A stretch of DNA of 32,000 nucleotides from the NCBI RefSeq assembly GCF_000014265.1, contig NC_008312.1, forward strand, positions 7,260,001-7,292,000, in the 5' to 3' direction. A program made the position numbers and the translations under genes. Positions 1 to 8,677 of the stretch are shown piece after piece. This DNA comes from Trichodesmium erythraeum IMS101 (GTDB taxonomy: Bacteria; Cyanobacteriota; Cyanobacteriia; Cyanobacteriales; Microcoleaceae). The notes beneath the pieces were generated by a model, which worked only from the letters and a program-made list of their open reading frames with translations, searched no databases and was not told where the DNA came from. How positions within the stretch are numbered: the first letter of the stretch is position 1; every line of letters starts with the position of its first letter.

Positions 1-103
1 AGATTCTTTTCTGTAACTTGAAGACCCGACGCTCAACTTTTGTCCAATTAATCTCACGCCACTCTTTCCATTCCCCCGTAGTCTTTAAACTCGTATTAGA
101 CAT
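1..103 (-). CDS. Group II intron-encoded reverse transcriptase/maturase of intron I3, N-terminal 34 codons only (ORF runs off the left edge)
   Basis: Reverse complement reads ATG (103-101) MSNTSLKTTGEWKEWREINWTKVERRVFKLQKRI and stays open to position 1. The INW-KVE--VFKLQK-I motif matches the N-terminus of the intron ORF at 5339 and resembles that of 1363-2832. Confidence 0.7.
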   Translation of the reverse strand, partial: MSNTSLKTTGEWKEWREINWTKVERRVFKLQKRI

Positions 104-919
104 TTATATTACTTACTCAAACTCTACATTCCAAATCACCGTGTGTCCGTCTGCATATCCCATTAAATTAACAAAGGGCTTTTGCTTGTGACACAATCCC
201 TCCCAATCAAACATACGGTTAGCACCTACTTGAATTTACTATCTCAGTTATCAGTTATCAGTACCTCAGTTGATTTTTGTTATTCCCTTAAAATGCTTTA
301 TTATATAAACATCTTTCTTAAAAAAACTTGGGCAAAATAGACAAGTTATCTTTAAGTCTTTGAGAGACTTTTTCAGGAGAACAAAGTGCATTGAAAAATA
401 CATTTTTTTGATAAATTAAGTAGTTTTGCAGCAACCTGCCAACCTACTATACTCTTTCTCCCTTTTGCGCTGCTCCCTTTTGCATTGCTCCCCACAATAT
501 TTTCAGAAGTTTCTGATAACAGATAACTTCAAATAGGAAGCTTAAAAGCTTATTTTTTACTCAAGTATTGCACTAAAAAAAAGAATTATAGCACTTCCCA
601 GAGTAATTGAGATTCTCGCGCCTCTCAAATATTGTCATAACAAGAATGTACGGGGTAATGGCCAGAAAGCCCCTACTTTTTAATTGTGACTTCTGTGGCT
701 GAGTGTTAATAAATAGCTATTCAAGAGTTTTTCATGGGTTACTTCGTTCCAAATGACCTTATCTATATACCTTTAGGATGATGCTTTGCGCCGGGTTTAG
801 GGGAAGTGCTTGTTAGTCGAACCAAATCTCGCTAACTCCCTATCCTTTGCCTTTTGGCTCCAGTGTCACAGCTTATTTCACTGGTTGAACGTAACGACGC
901 TTCACTCACATCTTCGCAC
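1..919 (-). mobile_element. Group II intron I3, 5' part (5' splice site to start of its RT ORF); remainder lies outside the window
   Basis: Minus-strand GTGCGAAGATGTGAGTG starts at 919 (plus-strand CGCAC 915-919) and resembles the I1 5' end GTGCGATGTGAAAA. The RT ORF begins 816 nt downstream at 103. The pre-ORF segment GATATGCAGACGGACAC resembles I2 GCAGATGCAGACGTACTC. Confidence 0.6.
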
Positions 920-1009
920 TATAGCTATCCAATGGGTATTTTGCTCGATGGGAACCAACCTAAGCTGTCAGTTGTACCACCTTTTCACCCCGCTTTACGG
1001 ATTGGTTGG
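920..1009 (-). mobile_element. Outer group II intron A, 90-nt domain-I segment lying between inserted introns I1 and I3
   Basis: Minus-strand CCAACCAATCCGTAAAGCGGGGTGAAAAGG...CATCGAGCAAAATACCCATTGG aligns with I2 positions about 4910-5000 (CATCAATCCCTGAAGC..TTAAAAGCGGGAAAATACC...CGCGAGCAAAGGTTGACAAGTGG). It continues the homology that is interrupted at 3469. Confidence 0.55.
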
Positions 1010-1046
1010 GTAGGAGAAAGTACGTCGCCGTATCTCTCCCCCCTAA

Positions 1047-1081
1047 GAACCGGACTTGACAGTTGTCCCATCATCCGGCTC
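1047..1081 (-). ncRNA. Group II intron domain V of I1
   Basis: Minus strand reads GAGCCGGATGATGGGACAACTGTCAAGTCCGGTTC. The lower stem GAGCCGGAT/GTCCGGTTC is almost identical to the I2 domain V. The apical loop is a pentaloop GACAA rather than a GNRA tetraloop, and the bulge is AA. Confidence 0.8.
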
Positions 1082-1362
1082 AAGCCTCTTGCCTTACAGA
1101 ACATTTGCCTGTGTATATATATTTGTGACAACATTTATACAAGTGGACTAGGCCATAAATTTTGTCCATGCCACCGTCTTTCACCCTTATTTTTTTGATG
1201 GGTGTGCAGTTTCTCTCAGTTAAATAAGTGTTCACCACTCATAGGAACATTTCCAGCTCTGAGCTTAGGTAATTTTGTAGTATTTTGAACCTTGACCCGA
1301 TGAGCTTTGTCATATTTTGTATAACGTTATTTCAAATATTTGGTTAAAGAGGGGTTCTCCGG

Positions 1363-2832
1363 CTATGCCGTGCCTTTAATTTTTACATGACGTTGAATGG
1401 GAACTTTTCCTAGTCGGCAGATGGCTATTGTTTCCTTCTTGCCATACCTATTGCTTATGTTTGTTGCGAAAGTCCACTTGTTTCCGTTGACGGTTTTGAA
1501 GTATTTCTTTCGCACCCATTCCTTACCTTTTCCTTTTTGTTTCCCCACTCGCTTCGAGTGTCTTCTTAATGACCATTGCCAGAGTGATTTCCAAATTTCG
1601 TGGTCAACATAGGAAAATATTCGTTGACTTACACCATGTCTGTAGTAGTTCCCCCATCCTCTAATAATTGAATTAAGGTTTGCAATTACTGCTTCTTGTG
1701 TACTGGTCGGGTGTGCTTTGAGCCACCCCCGAATTAGTGTGAGAAATTCCTTAACTTTCTCTTTTTGTGGAACTATGAAGCAGCTACCGTTGAACTGGCG
1801 GACATTGAACCCTAAAAAGTTGAATCCTTGTTCAATATGAACTAAGTTGGTTTTGTCCTTATTAAGTTCTAATCCTCTTTCTGATAGCCATTTTTCAATA
1901 GTGGGGATTATCGCTTTGATGTCTTCCTCACTTCGAGCGGTGATTATGAAGTCATCAGCGTATCGGATAAATCCGTATTTATCTAACTTCTTTTTCTTGG
2001 TGTATTCCTCATCCGTTGTCGGCCTTGTACATTGATAGGTTTTCACTGTTTTGTACCTAGCTAACAATCTTTCCATCCCATCAAAGGCTATGTTGGCAAG
2101 TAAGGGGCTAATTATGCCTCTTGAAGAAGTCCCCCCCTCTGTCTTGTGGAAAACTTCGGCTTCTAAATACCCTGCTTTTAGCCATTGCTTGATTAACTCT
2201 CTACCAGGGATTTCTCCGATAGCTTTGAGGATGTATTCATGGGTAATATTGTCAAAATCTTGTTTAATATCGACATCTAGTATCCATGTATCCTTTCCTT
2301 TTTGGAGTCTAATCCAGAATTGTTCAAGAGGATCATGGCAACTTCTACCTGGGTGGAATCCGTAGGAATTTGTCTCGAATTCTGCGTCCCAAATTGGTTC
2401 TAACCCATTCTTAACAACTGCCTGAGCAACTCGGTTTTTGACTGTGGGGATGCCTAGTGGACCTTGTTGACGGTTTGCCTTGGGGATGTATACCCTTTTA
2501 GCTGGTTTGGCTTGCCACAGCCTATATGTCAGCATTTCTTTGACAAGTTTGACTTTTTCTACAGAAGTCTTTGCCGTCTGAGCGTCTCTCCCCATCCTTC
2601 GTATCCCTTGGTTTTCTTGAGTCACCCTTCGCACTGACAGTAGTAGGTTGGAGTAACTGCGTAGCATCAGTTTCATTAGGCTGCGAACCTTATTCCACTG
2701 ACTGTTCTGTTTAGCACGATAAATTCTCCGTCTTAGGTTCCTAACACACTTTTTAATGGTCTTCCAATTAATGTCCAACCACTCTTTTAATGGTTCCTTA
2801 GCTCCGATTTCATTACTGAATCTATCTTTCAC
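1363..2832 (-). CDS. Group II intron reverse transcriptase/maturase (RT + X/thumb domains, no HNH endonuclease domain), GTG start
   Basis: 489-aa ORF with RRVTQEN, PLGIPTVKNRVAQ, SYGFHPGRSCHD, ISPLLANIA, IRYADDFII and IRGWGNYY motifs. It ends at HVKIKGTA, where the I2 protein continues into a DNA-binding/HNH region. Some RT motifs are diverged (GKKTAGIDG becomes GIRRMGRDA; GTPQGG becomes GTSSRG). Confidence 0.9.
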   Translation of the reverse strand: MKDRFSNEIGAKEPLKEWLDINWKTIKKCVRNLRRRIYRAKQNSQWNKVRSLMKLMLRSYSNLLLSVRRVTQENQGIRRMGRDAQTAKTSVEKVKLVKEMLTYRLWQAKPAKRVYIPKANRQQGPLGIPTVKNRVAQAVVKNGLEPIWDAEFETNSYGFHPGRSCHDPLEQFWIRLQKGKDTWILDVDIKQDFDNITHEYILKAIGEIPGRELIKQWLKAGYLEAEVFHKTEGGTSSRGIISPLLANIAFDGMERLLARYKTVKTYQCTRPTTDEEYTKKKKLDKYGFIRYADDFIITARSEEDIKAIIPTIEKWLSERGLELNKDKTNLVHIEQGFNFLGFNVRQFNGSCFIVPQKEKVKEFLTLIRGWLKAHPTSTQEAVIANLNSIIRGWGNYYRHGVSQRIFSYVDHEIWKSLWQWSLRRHSKRVGKQKGKGKEWVRKKYFKTVNGNKWTFATNISNRYGKKETIAICRLGKVPIQRHVKIKGTA

Positions 2833-3468
2833 TTCGGCTCAGTTCCTTCTTTGAAGTTTTATCGTTTGAGACCTGGTGGAAGTCTGCCATCTTTCAATGT
2901 AGGGCAAATATTTTAGCCCTCAGGCTTCTTGAAGGGTACCCCTATCTCCTGTATTACACAGAAGCATTTGCTTTCTCCACCTTCCTTTACCCTCTAGATA
3001 ATTCCGTCTTCTTTACAGTTGACCTACTCAAGTTTTGGACCTTCACCTGAGAACCTATAGGGCTTACTGTGTCCCGTACATCTGAACTTCAATTGAGTTA
3101 GGATTCCATCTCTATCCCGGCAGGAGTTTAGTTCTCTCATTATGACCAGCCATACTGTCATAACCAACCTGCTTACCTTTTGGTCAGAGTGTATCAACCT
3201 GGTTTCACTCTTAGAGCGAATTACGGGACTATCAATAATGGTTTACTTTCGTTAATCCTTCTCAATCTTCCCCTTGTCTTCCTTACAATTCAGGTTTTGT
3301 AGCTTGGACTTTTGTGCCTTGCATTCCGTCAGTTTCATTACTTACTGTTGACGTAGGCAGAGTCAGTGACTCCTTTACATGGGGACAAGGGGAGAGAATC
3401 CCTTGGAGGAGACAGCTCCTCATTCTTAGCGTGTTGTACACGTTGGATATACGATTTTCACATCGCAC

Positions 3469-3621
3469 ATGGCTAGTCGCTACCGTAGGGGTGATGCTGT
3501 CAACCCTGCACCTGGGCAGGAGGAATCACACCTCCAAGGTCATTTAGTTATAAGGCTAATGGCCTTACTCTGCTCACATCTTGGTACTATGACCCTAACT
3601 TTTAGCAGAAACGAATCGCAC
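3469..3621 (-). mobile_element. Outer group II intron A, 5' terminal 153 nt
   Basis: Minus-strand GTGCGATTCGTTTCTGC starts at 3621 (compare I2 GTGCGACTCGTTGGTC). Further matches to I2 are ATAACTAAATGACC vs ATAAATGACC and GGTTGACAGCATCACCCCTACGGTAGCGACT vs GGTTGACAGCATAAACCACAGGGTAGCGACT. Confidence 0.6.
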
Positions 3622-3862
3622 TTTGGTTCCCTTCACGACGGACTCTAGATACAACCCAGTTCCGCCATACCCAATGATCTCCACGACTAGTAACTGCACT
3701 GGCATTGATATCCATTAAATCTGCCAGTTCAGAGCTAGTGATTAGATAGCCTTTATTGGCCACTTCATCGGCTATATGTAGGGTTTCAATTAAGTTACGC
3801 AGTTGCCCAACCCTCTGCTCCCTAGGCATATTTTCGACTAATTCGTTAGTTGTTTCATTCAT
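3622..3862 (-). CDS. 5' exon (80 codons + 1 nt) of a hypothetical small protein with an HTH-like segment, interrupted by intron A
   Basis: ORF-track ORF 3602-3862. The last 6 codons plus stop fall inside the GTGCG-initiated intron sequence, so the apparent stop is probably intronic. A YLITSSELADLMDINASAVTSRG stretch looks helix-turn-helix-like. The protein family was not recognised. Confidence 0.45.
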
Positions 3863-4229
3863 AGTAAGTTTCAGATTATATTGCCAGATACTACGGCTTA
3901 TAATTCTATCGTTTTATCACAAATTTTGCTTAGTTGCTTAATTACTTTTGTATATTCTGGACTAACTCTGGTTGAGAATTGCCGTTAGAAGTGAAAGATT
4001 GTTTTATCCTCAGACATTTTTTTAAGCTTAAGAGTTCTGTAGATAAACTATAAAATTATGTCTATAAGTGCAAAATGATTGTTCCTTCAAATTTGTAAAT
4101 ATTGAGGTGAGTGCTATAGATTTTTCTTTCTATATATCCTATAGAAATTTCGGTACTGCATCAAGAAAGTTTAGGAATAATAGTATGAGTATTATCCCTA
4201 AATACTTTCAAGAAATACTCTCAATTATT

Positions 4230-4747
4230 ATGAAATGTCCTTTTTGTGGCCATCAGGAAAATCATAAACATGGAAAGACTAGTAATGTTCTCAACGATAT
4301 TATTGTCCTGAATGCCTACAAACTTTCACCGATACTTTTGACGCTCTTTACTACTGGCGAAAAGTTGGACATGAAAAAATCCCTATGGTTCTACAGGCTC
4401 ATGTTGAGGTTAGTAGTTTAAGAGGAACTAGTTGAACAGTAAACCTGGCCTATAAGACGGTAGTCAGTTTGGTGAGGACGACCTTTTAAAAGGGAGAAAT
4501 GATTCATAATGGCCATGTAGAAAATCTGAAAACCTCACAGGTTAGCAGTGATAAATTTTGGTCATTTGTTCAAAAAAACAAAAACATGGTCACATGAATA
4601 AATTGACAGAAGGTGACTGTGGGATAGGCATCACTCAAGCTTCATCCAGCCTATTAAATTTAAGTGAAGCGAGTAAATAAACATACTGACCAGTTTATTG
4701 AACAATTAATTGTCAACACAGAAGGGAAAACTAACTGTAAACAATGG
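4230..4747 (+). pseudogene. IS1-family-like transposase remnant, 5' part (zinc-finger N-terminus, frameshifted), interrupted by intron I2
   Basis: MKCPFCGHQENHKHGKT is followed in another frame by QRYYCPECLQTFTDTF (CxxC...CxxC). Later DKFWSFVQKKQKH resembles the DELWSFVGKKKNK motif of IS1-type transposases. There are several stops and frame changes. Confidence 0.5.
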
Positions 4748-5800
4748 GTGCGACTCGTTGGTCACTAAACCAGGAAACTGGGTATAAATGACCGTCCTAA
4801 ATCAATACATGGGATACCCCGATTTAGAACAACTCTTATTACCTTGATGGTGAAATTCCATCCACCTTGTTGTTAGGTTGACAGCATAAACCACAGGGTA
4901 GCGACTGAACATCAATCCCTGAAGCTGGTTTAAAAGCGGGAAAATACCAGTTACCGAGAAACGATACCGCGAGCAAAGGTTGACAAGTGGACGAACAGGA
5001 AGGTAATCAAACTCCCGTCATACAGGACCATTCCAAAGGTAGCTGTGGAATGTAGGACGAAAGTCAGAGGAATAATGGGCATAAATATCCATTGGTTTAT
5101 GTCAACAACCATTCAAGGCCTCCGGGAGAGTTTACCCCACTAAATCAATCGTAATAAAGGAATAAGGGAACGAGGAAACCTCTTTAAGACACCTAAGTAA
5201 ATAGGTCGAAAACTTAGGAAGCCATTCAAGGTCAATCTACACAAAAGTTGTAGGTCTTAAAGGGAATAGGATTGAGTAAGAAGCATTGCAGATGCAGACG
5301 TACTCACTGTTGAACGTAATATAGAGTAATGATTAGTCATGAACAAAGCTGAAATACTAAAAAGAAAATTGGACAACCCAAGGCCCTTTTCAAGTGTGGC
5401 ATGGGACGCTTACGATATACCTAGCCAAGCGTGTGTTAATCCAAACCTAAAATGGAAAGACATTAACTGGAAAAAGGTAGAAAAGTATGTGTTTAAGTTA
5501 CAAAAGTTAATCTATAGAGCATCCAGCCGTGGCGAAATCCGCAAAATGCGTAAATATCAAAAACTTCTGACCAAAAGTTATTATGCAAGGTTGCTAGCTG
5601 TCAGGCGCGTTACCCAGGACAACCAGGGAAAGAAAACTGCTGGTATAGATGGCATAAAAAGCCTTCCCCCAATGCAAAGATTTAATACCAATTTCCTAAA
5701 GTCCGACTACACATAATGCTTCAAGAATAAAATCATATCCTGTACAAGAAGCAATATCTTTTTGACTAAATCCAGTTAATATATTTCTCAGGATTCTGCG

Positions 5801-6768
5801 TCAGAAATCTAAGGAATCGAAAACTCGATTTTTCAAGAATTTTTTCACCTCTTTCCACAGTCTTTCAATGGGATTAACTTCGGGACAATAAGGAGGTTGA
5901 AATAATAAAATGATGTGATCAGGGATAGATAAATCATTCCCTAGATGCCCTCGCCCGTTATCTAGTTGAATAATATGAATCTCTTCAGGATATGTTTGAG
6001 AAAAAAGCTCTAAAAATCTTTCAAAGCAAGGAGTATCTAGATGACTAAATTCATAAAAAAAGGAATCTCCTGTTTTTGGTTCTACTAAACCATAAAGCCA
6101 TAGATATTTAAATAGCCATTGATATAAACCAATGGGCTTAACACCGCAAGCAGTAATGACTTTACCTGTTATAGTTTTTAATCCAATTCTAGTCTCGTCT
6201 TGACACCAATAGCGAATTGGCAGTTGATTTTCCGAATATTTATTAATTAACTTAATTTTCTCTTCTAGTTGAGATGAGAGTTTTTTTTAAAGTTTTCTTG
6301 AGCTTCTTTATTTTGTTTTATGTGATTTGGACGTGGAACTTTTAATTTACTTTTTAATTTAAATCTGACTAATTGATGAACTGTTCGATAAGACAGCTCG
6401 ATGTCAAAACAAGTCGTTAACCACTGTTGAATTTCACCATAGCTTTGGAAACCTTCCGGGTTTTGCAATTCTGCTTCTAATTTCTCGATTACATTTGGTG
6501 GAATTGAACTTGGCCTCCCTCCTAGATTTTTCTTTGGTTCTAGTAAAAGATTCAGTCCACCTGTACGATATTTCCCTAACCATTTTTGTACTGTGACTCG
6601 ATTGCGTCCTAACATTATCGCAATTTCTTTTACTGTTTCTACTGTTTGAGTTTTCAACCAGTAAATAGTTTGAAGTCTTTCCTTTTCTTGAGCTGTACTC
6701 GCACTTTTTAAAAGTTTTTTGAGAGTTTCTACCGATTCATTTATCTCAATTTTTACTACTCCTGACAT
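5801..6768 (-). CDS. IS630-family transposase (orfA HTH part 6768-6265; DDE part in the -1 frame down to 5801)
   Basis: Mirror image of 8678-9645 (coordinate map y = 15446 - x). See that entry. Confidence 0.7.
6280..6288 (-). promoter_or_regulatory. A-run slippery site, candidate programmed -1 frameshift (copy 1)
   Basis: Counterpart of 9158-9166 in copy 2. Confidence 0.45.
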
Positions 6769-8336
6769 GGGGACATTTTCTATAATAGGTTACTTCTAAA
6801 AGTGTAGCTTAAGTTTATGAAATTAGTATAACTTGGTAGAAATGTTAAGGTCACGACATCTTAAAGCAAGCCCAACCCGTAGAGTCTGGATACCAAAACC
6901 AGGGAGAGAAGAAAAACGCCCATTAGGCATACCAACTATGTACGACAGGGCACTTCAAGCACTGGTAAAGCTAGGTAGGTCACCAGAATGGGAGGCGCTT
7001 TTCGAACCTAATAGTTATGGTCTTTTCCGGAGGTCAACACATGATGCTATCGCAGCAATCTATGTCAGTATTAACCACAAACCAAAATATGTTTTAGATG
7101 CTGACATATCCAAGTGTTTTGACCGAATTAATCATGATGCACTGTTGAGAAAAATAGGTCGAACACCTTACAGACGATTAATCAAGCAATGGTTAAAATC
7201 TGGAGTATTCGACAACAAACAATTCTCAAACACTGTGGAAGGTACACCACAGGGAGGGGTAATATCACCCTTAAAGAGCAAACATCGCCCTACACGGGGA
7301 AAGAAAAATGCCTAAAAAATTACGCAGAAACTCTTCGAGGGAACAAACGTAATAATAAACATGCATTATCCTTAATACGATATGCTGATGACTTTGTAAT
7401 CCTACACAAAGACATCAAAGTATTGTTACAAGCAAAAACCGTAATACAGGAATGGTTAAATCATGTAGGATTAGAACTAAAACCAGAAAAAACTAAAATT
7501 GCCCACACCTTGGAAGAATATGACGGCAACAAACCCGGATTTGACTTCCTAGGATTCACAATAAGGCAATGGAAAGTTAAGACAACCAAACAAGGATTCA
7601 AAACACTGATTAAACCGTCTTCCAAGAGCATAAAAACTCATTATCGGAAGCTGGCGGATATATGTGATAAACACAAAAACGCCCCTACAAAAGCTTTAAT
7701 AGCTAAACTTAATCCGGTGATTAGAGGATGGGCCAACTACTTCTCCACTATAATCAGTAAAGAAACCTTTTCAAAGCTAGATTACCTACTCTGGAGAAGG
7801 TTAGGTCGATGGACAAGTAGGAGGCATCCAAAATAAGTCAGCCAAATGGGTCAAGAAGAAGTACTTCCCTCGCTGCAAAGTCACCAGAAACTGGATACTT
7901 AACGACGGCGAGTATATACTTAACCAACACTCAGACGTTGCTATAGTAAGACACGTCAAGGTTAAAGGTAATAAATCCCCATTAGACGGTGATTGGACTT
8001 ATTGGAGCAGTAGAATAGGAAAACATCCAGGCATAAGGAAAGAAGTTACAACGCTGTTAAAACGGCAAAAGAATAAATGCGCATTTTGTGGACTAACCTT
8101 TAGATTAACCGACCTTATGGAAATCGACCATATAAAACCAAGGTCTGAAGGCGGTGATAACACAACTAAAAACAAACAACTGTTACACCGACATTGTCAC
8201 GATACTAAAACTGCTTGATTATAATAAAACATACACAAAACCTAAGTTACAGGACTTACCTGATGAATACCTATGGGTAGATGATATGTTAATTCTAACA
8301 CAGGGATGTACCTATGAAAAAGGACGTTTAGGAGAG

Positions 8337-8369
8337 GAGCCGGATGAGGTGAAAGTCTCACGTCCGGTT
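8337..8369 (+). ncRNA. Group II intron domain V of I2
   Basis: GAGCCGGATGAGGTGAAAGTCTCACGTCCGGTT has canonical architecture: AGC triad position, GAAA tetraloop and a 2-nt AC bulge. Confidence 0.85.
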
Positions 8370-8407
8370 TTGAAGACGAGTCGGGTAAGGTAACTTACCT
8401 GGCGAAT

Positions 8408-8525
8408 GTTTAACTATACAGATGATTGGGGAGGGCCTAAACGAGCCCTACCCCCAACAGTAGAGGATATTATTGGTGAAAACCAAACCCACCATAAGGA
8501 TGGAACTAACGGAATTGTTGGGTAA
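8408..8525 (+). pseudogene. IS1-family-like transposase remnant, 3' part (downstream exon of I2)
   Basis: Translation is ..YTDDWGGPKRALPPTVEDIIGENQTHHKDGTNGIVG* with stop at 8523-8525. The TDDWGxYxxxLP...H..GK..T..IE pattern of IS1-type InsB C-termini is recognisable but decayed. Confidence 0.45.
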
Positions 8526-8677
8526 CTTCTAGGTCTCAAGAAAAGGAAATACTTCAAGTTATTTACTGGTTAAAAACTAAAGTAGTAGAAACAGTCAAAG
8601 AAATTTTGATTATGTTATACTAATTTCATAAACTTAAGCTACACTTTTAGAAGTAACCTATTATAGAAAATGTCCCC

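Larger units (their letters stand above)
1010..3468 (-). mobile_element. Group II intron I1, complete (about 2.46 kb) with RT/maturase ORF in domain IV
   Basis: 5' GTGCGATG at 3468, ORF 2832-1363, domain V at 1081-1047, then a domain-VI-like hairpin GGAGAGA..CTTTCTCC ending ..CTAC near 1010. The EBS1 hairpin loop (minus-strand ATGGCT, plus coordinates 3148-3153, stem 3141-3146/3157-3162) is exactly complementary to the 5' flank AGCCAT (plus coordinates 3469-3474). Confidence 0.85.
5685..6828 (-). mobile_element. IS630-family insertion sequence, copy 1 (1144 bp), inside the I2 RT gene
   Basis: Imperfect TIRs TACCAATTTCCTAAAGTCCGACTACAC / TACTAATTTCATAAACTTAAGCTACAC. TA target duplication at 5683-5684 and 6829-6830. 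Excision in silico restores the RT reading frame. Both ends, the orfA translation and one internal 60-nt block are identical to copy 2. Confidence 0.9.
5339..8218 (+). pseudogene. I2 intron-encoded RT/maturase/HNH endonuclease, inactivated (IS insertion plus frameshifts)
   Basis: Pieces are 5339-5684, 6831-about 7275, about 7276-7836 and 7837-8218. Motifs present: VFKLQKLIY, RRVTQDNQGKKTAGIDG, PLGIPTMYDRALQ, TPQGGVISP, IRYADDFVIL, IRGWANYF, and the HNH region CAFCG..EIDHIKPRSEGG..LLHRHCH. Joining 5684 to 6831 restores the frame QRFN/LVEM. Indels occur near 7270-7310, and an extra A lies in the run at about 7830. Confidence 0.85.
4748..8407 (+). mobile_element. Group II intron I2 (native length about 2.51 kb) carrying an IS630 insertion
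   Basis: 5' GTGCGACTCG at 4748. The EBS1 hairpin CATAAA-TATCCATTGG-TTTATG (5080-5101) has CCATTG complementary to the 5' flank CAATGG (4742-4747). Domain V is at 8337-8369, and a domain-VI-like hairpin ends ..GGCGAAT at 8407. Confidence 0.85.

Noticed and set aside
808-826. GGTTCGACT (minus strand), a T-loop-like motif considered as a possible tRNA
   Set aside because: No acceptor, anticodon or D-arm complementarity surrounds it, and it lies inside intron I3 domain I.
810-1198. Plus-strand ORFs 810-1013 and 854-1198 from the ORF track
   Set aside because: They lie antisense to structured group II intron RNA (the I3 5' end, the outer-intron segment, and I1 domains V/VI). They show no recognisable protein features and are best explained as chance ORFs in GC-normal intron sequence.
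1397-2365. Plus-strand ORFs 1397-1612, 1847-2035 and 2051-2365
   Set aside because: These are antisense shadows of the well-supported RT/maturase gene 1363-2832.
3283-3547. ORFs 3283-3468 (minus) and 3314-3547 (plus)
   Set aside because: Both fall inside intron domain I sequence (I1 and the outer intron A) and span the GTGCG boundary at 3468, so they are not credible genes.
4068-4421. The 117-aa ORF 4068-4421 as an intact gene
   Set aside because: Only its middle (from MKCPFCGH at 4230) resembles a transposase zinc finger. The rest is AT-rich leader, and the continuation is in another frame. It is treated as part of the IS1-like pseudogene.
8154-8393. ORF 8154-8393 (79 aa)
   Set aside because: It overlaps the end of the I2 HNH region in a different frame and runs through intron domain V/VI, so it is spurious.
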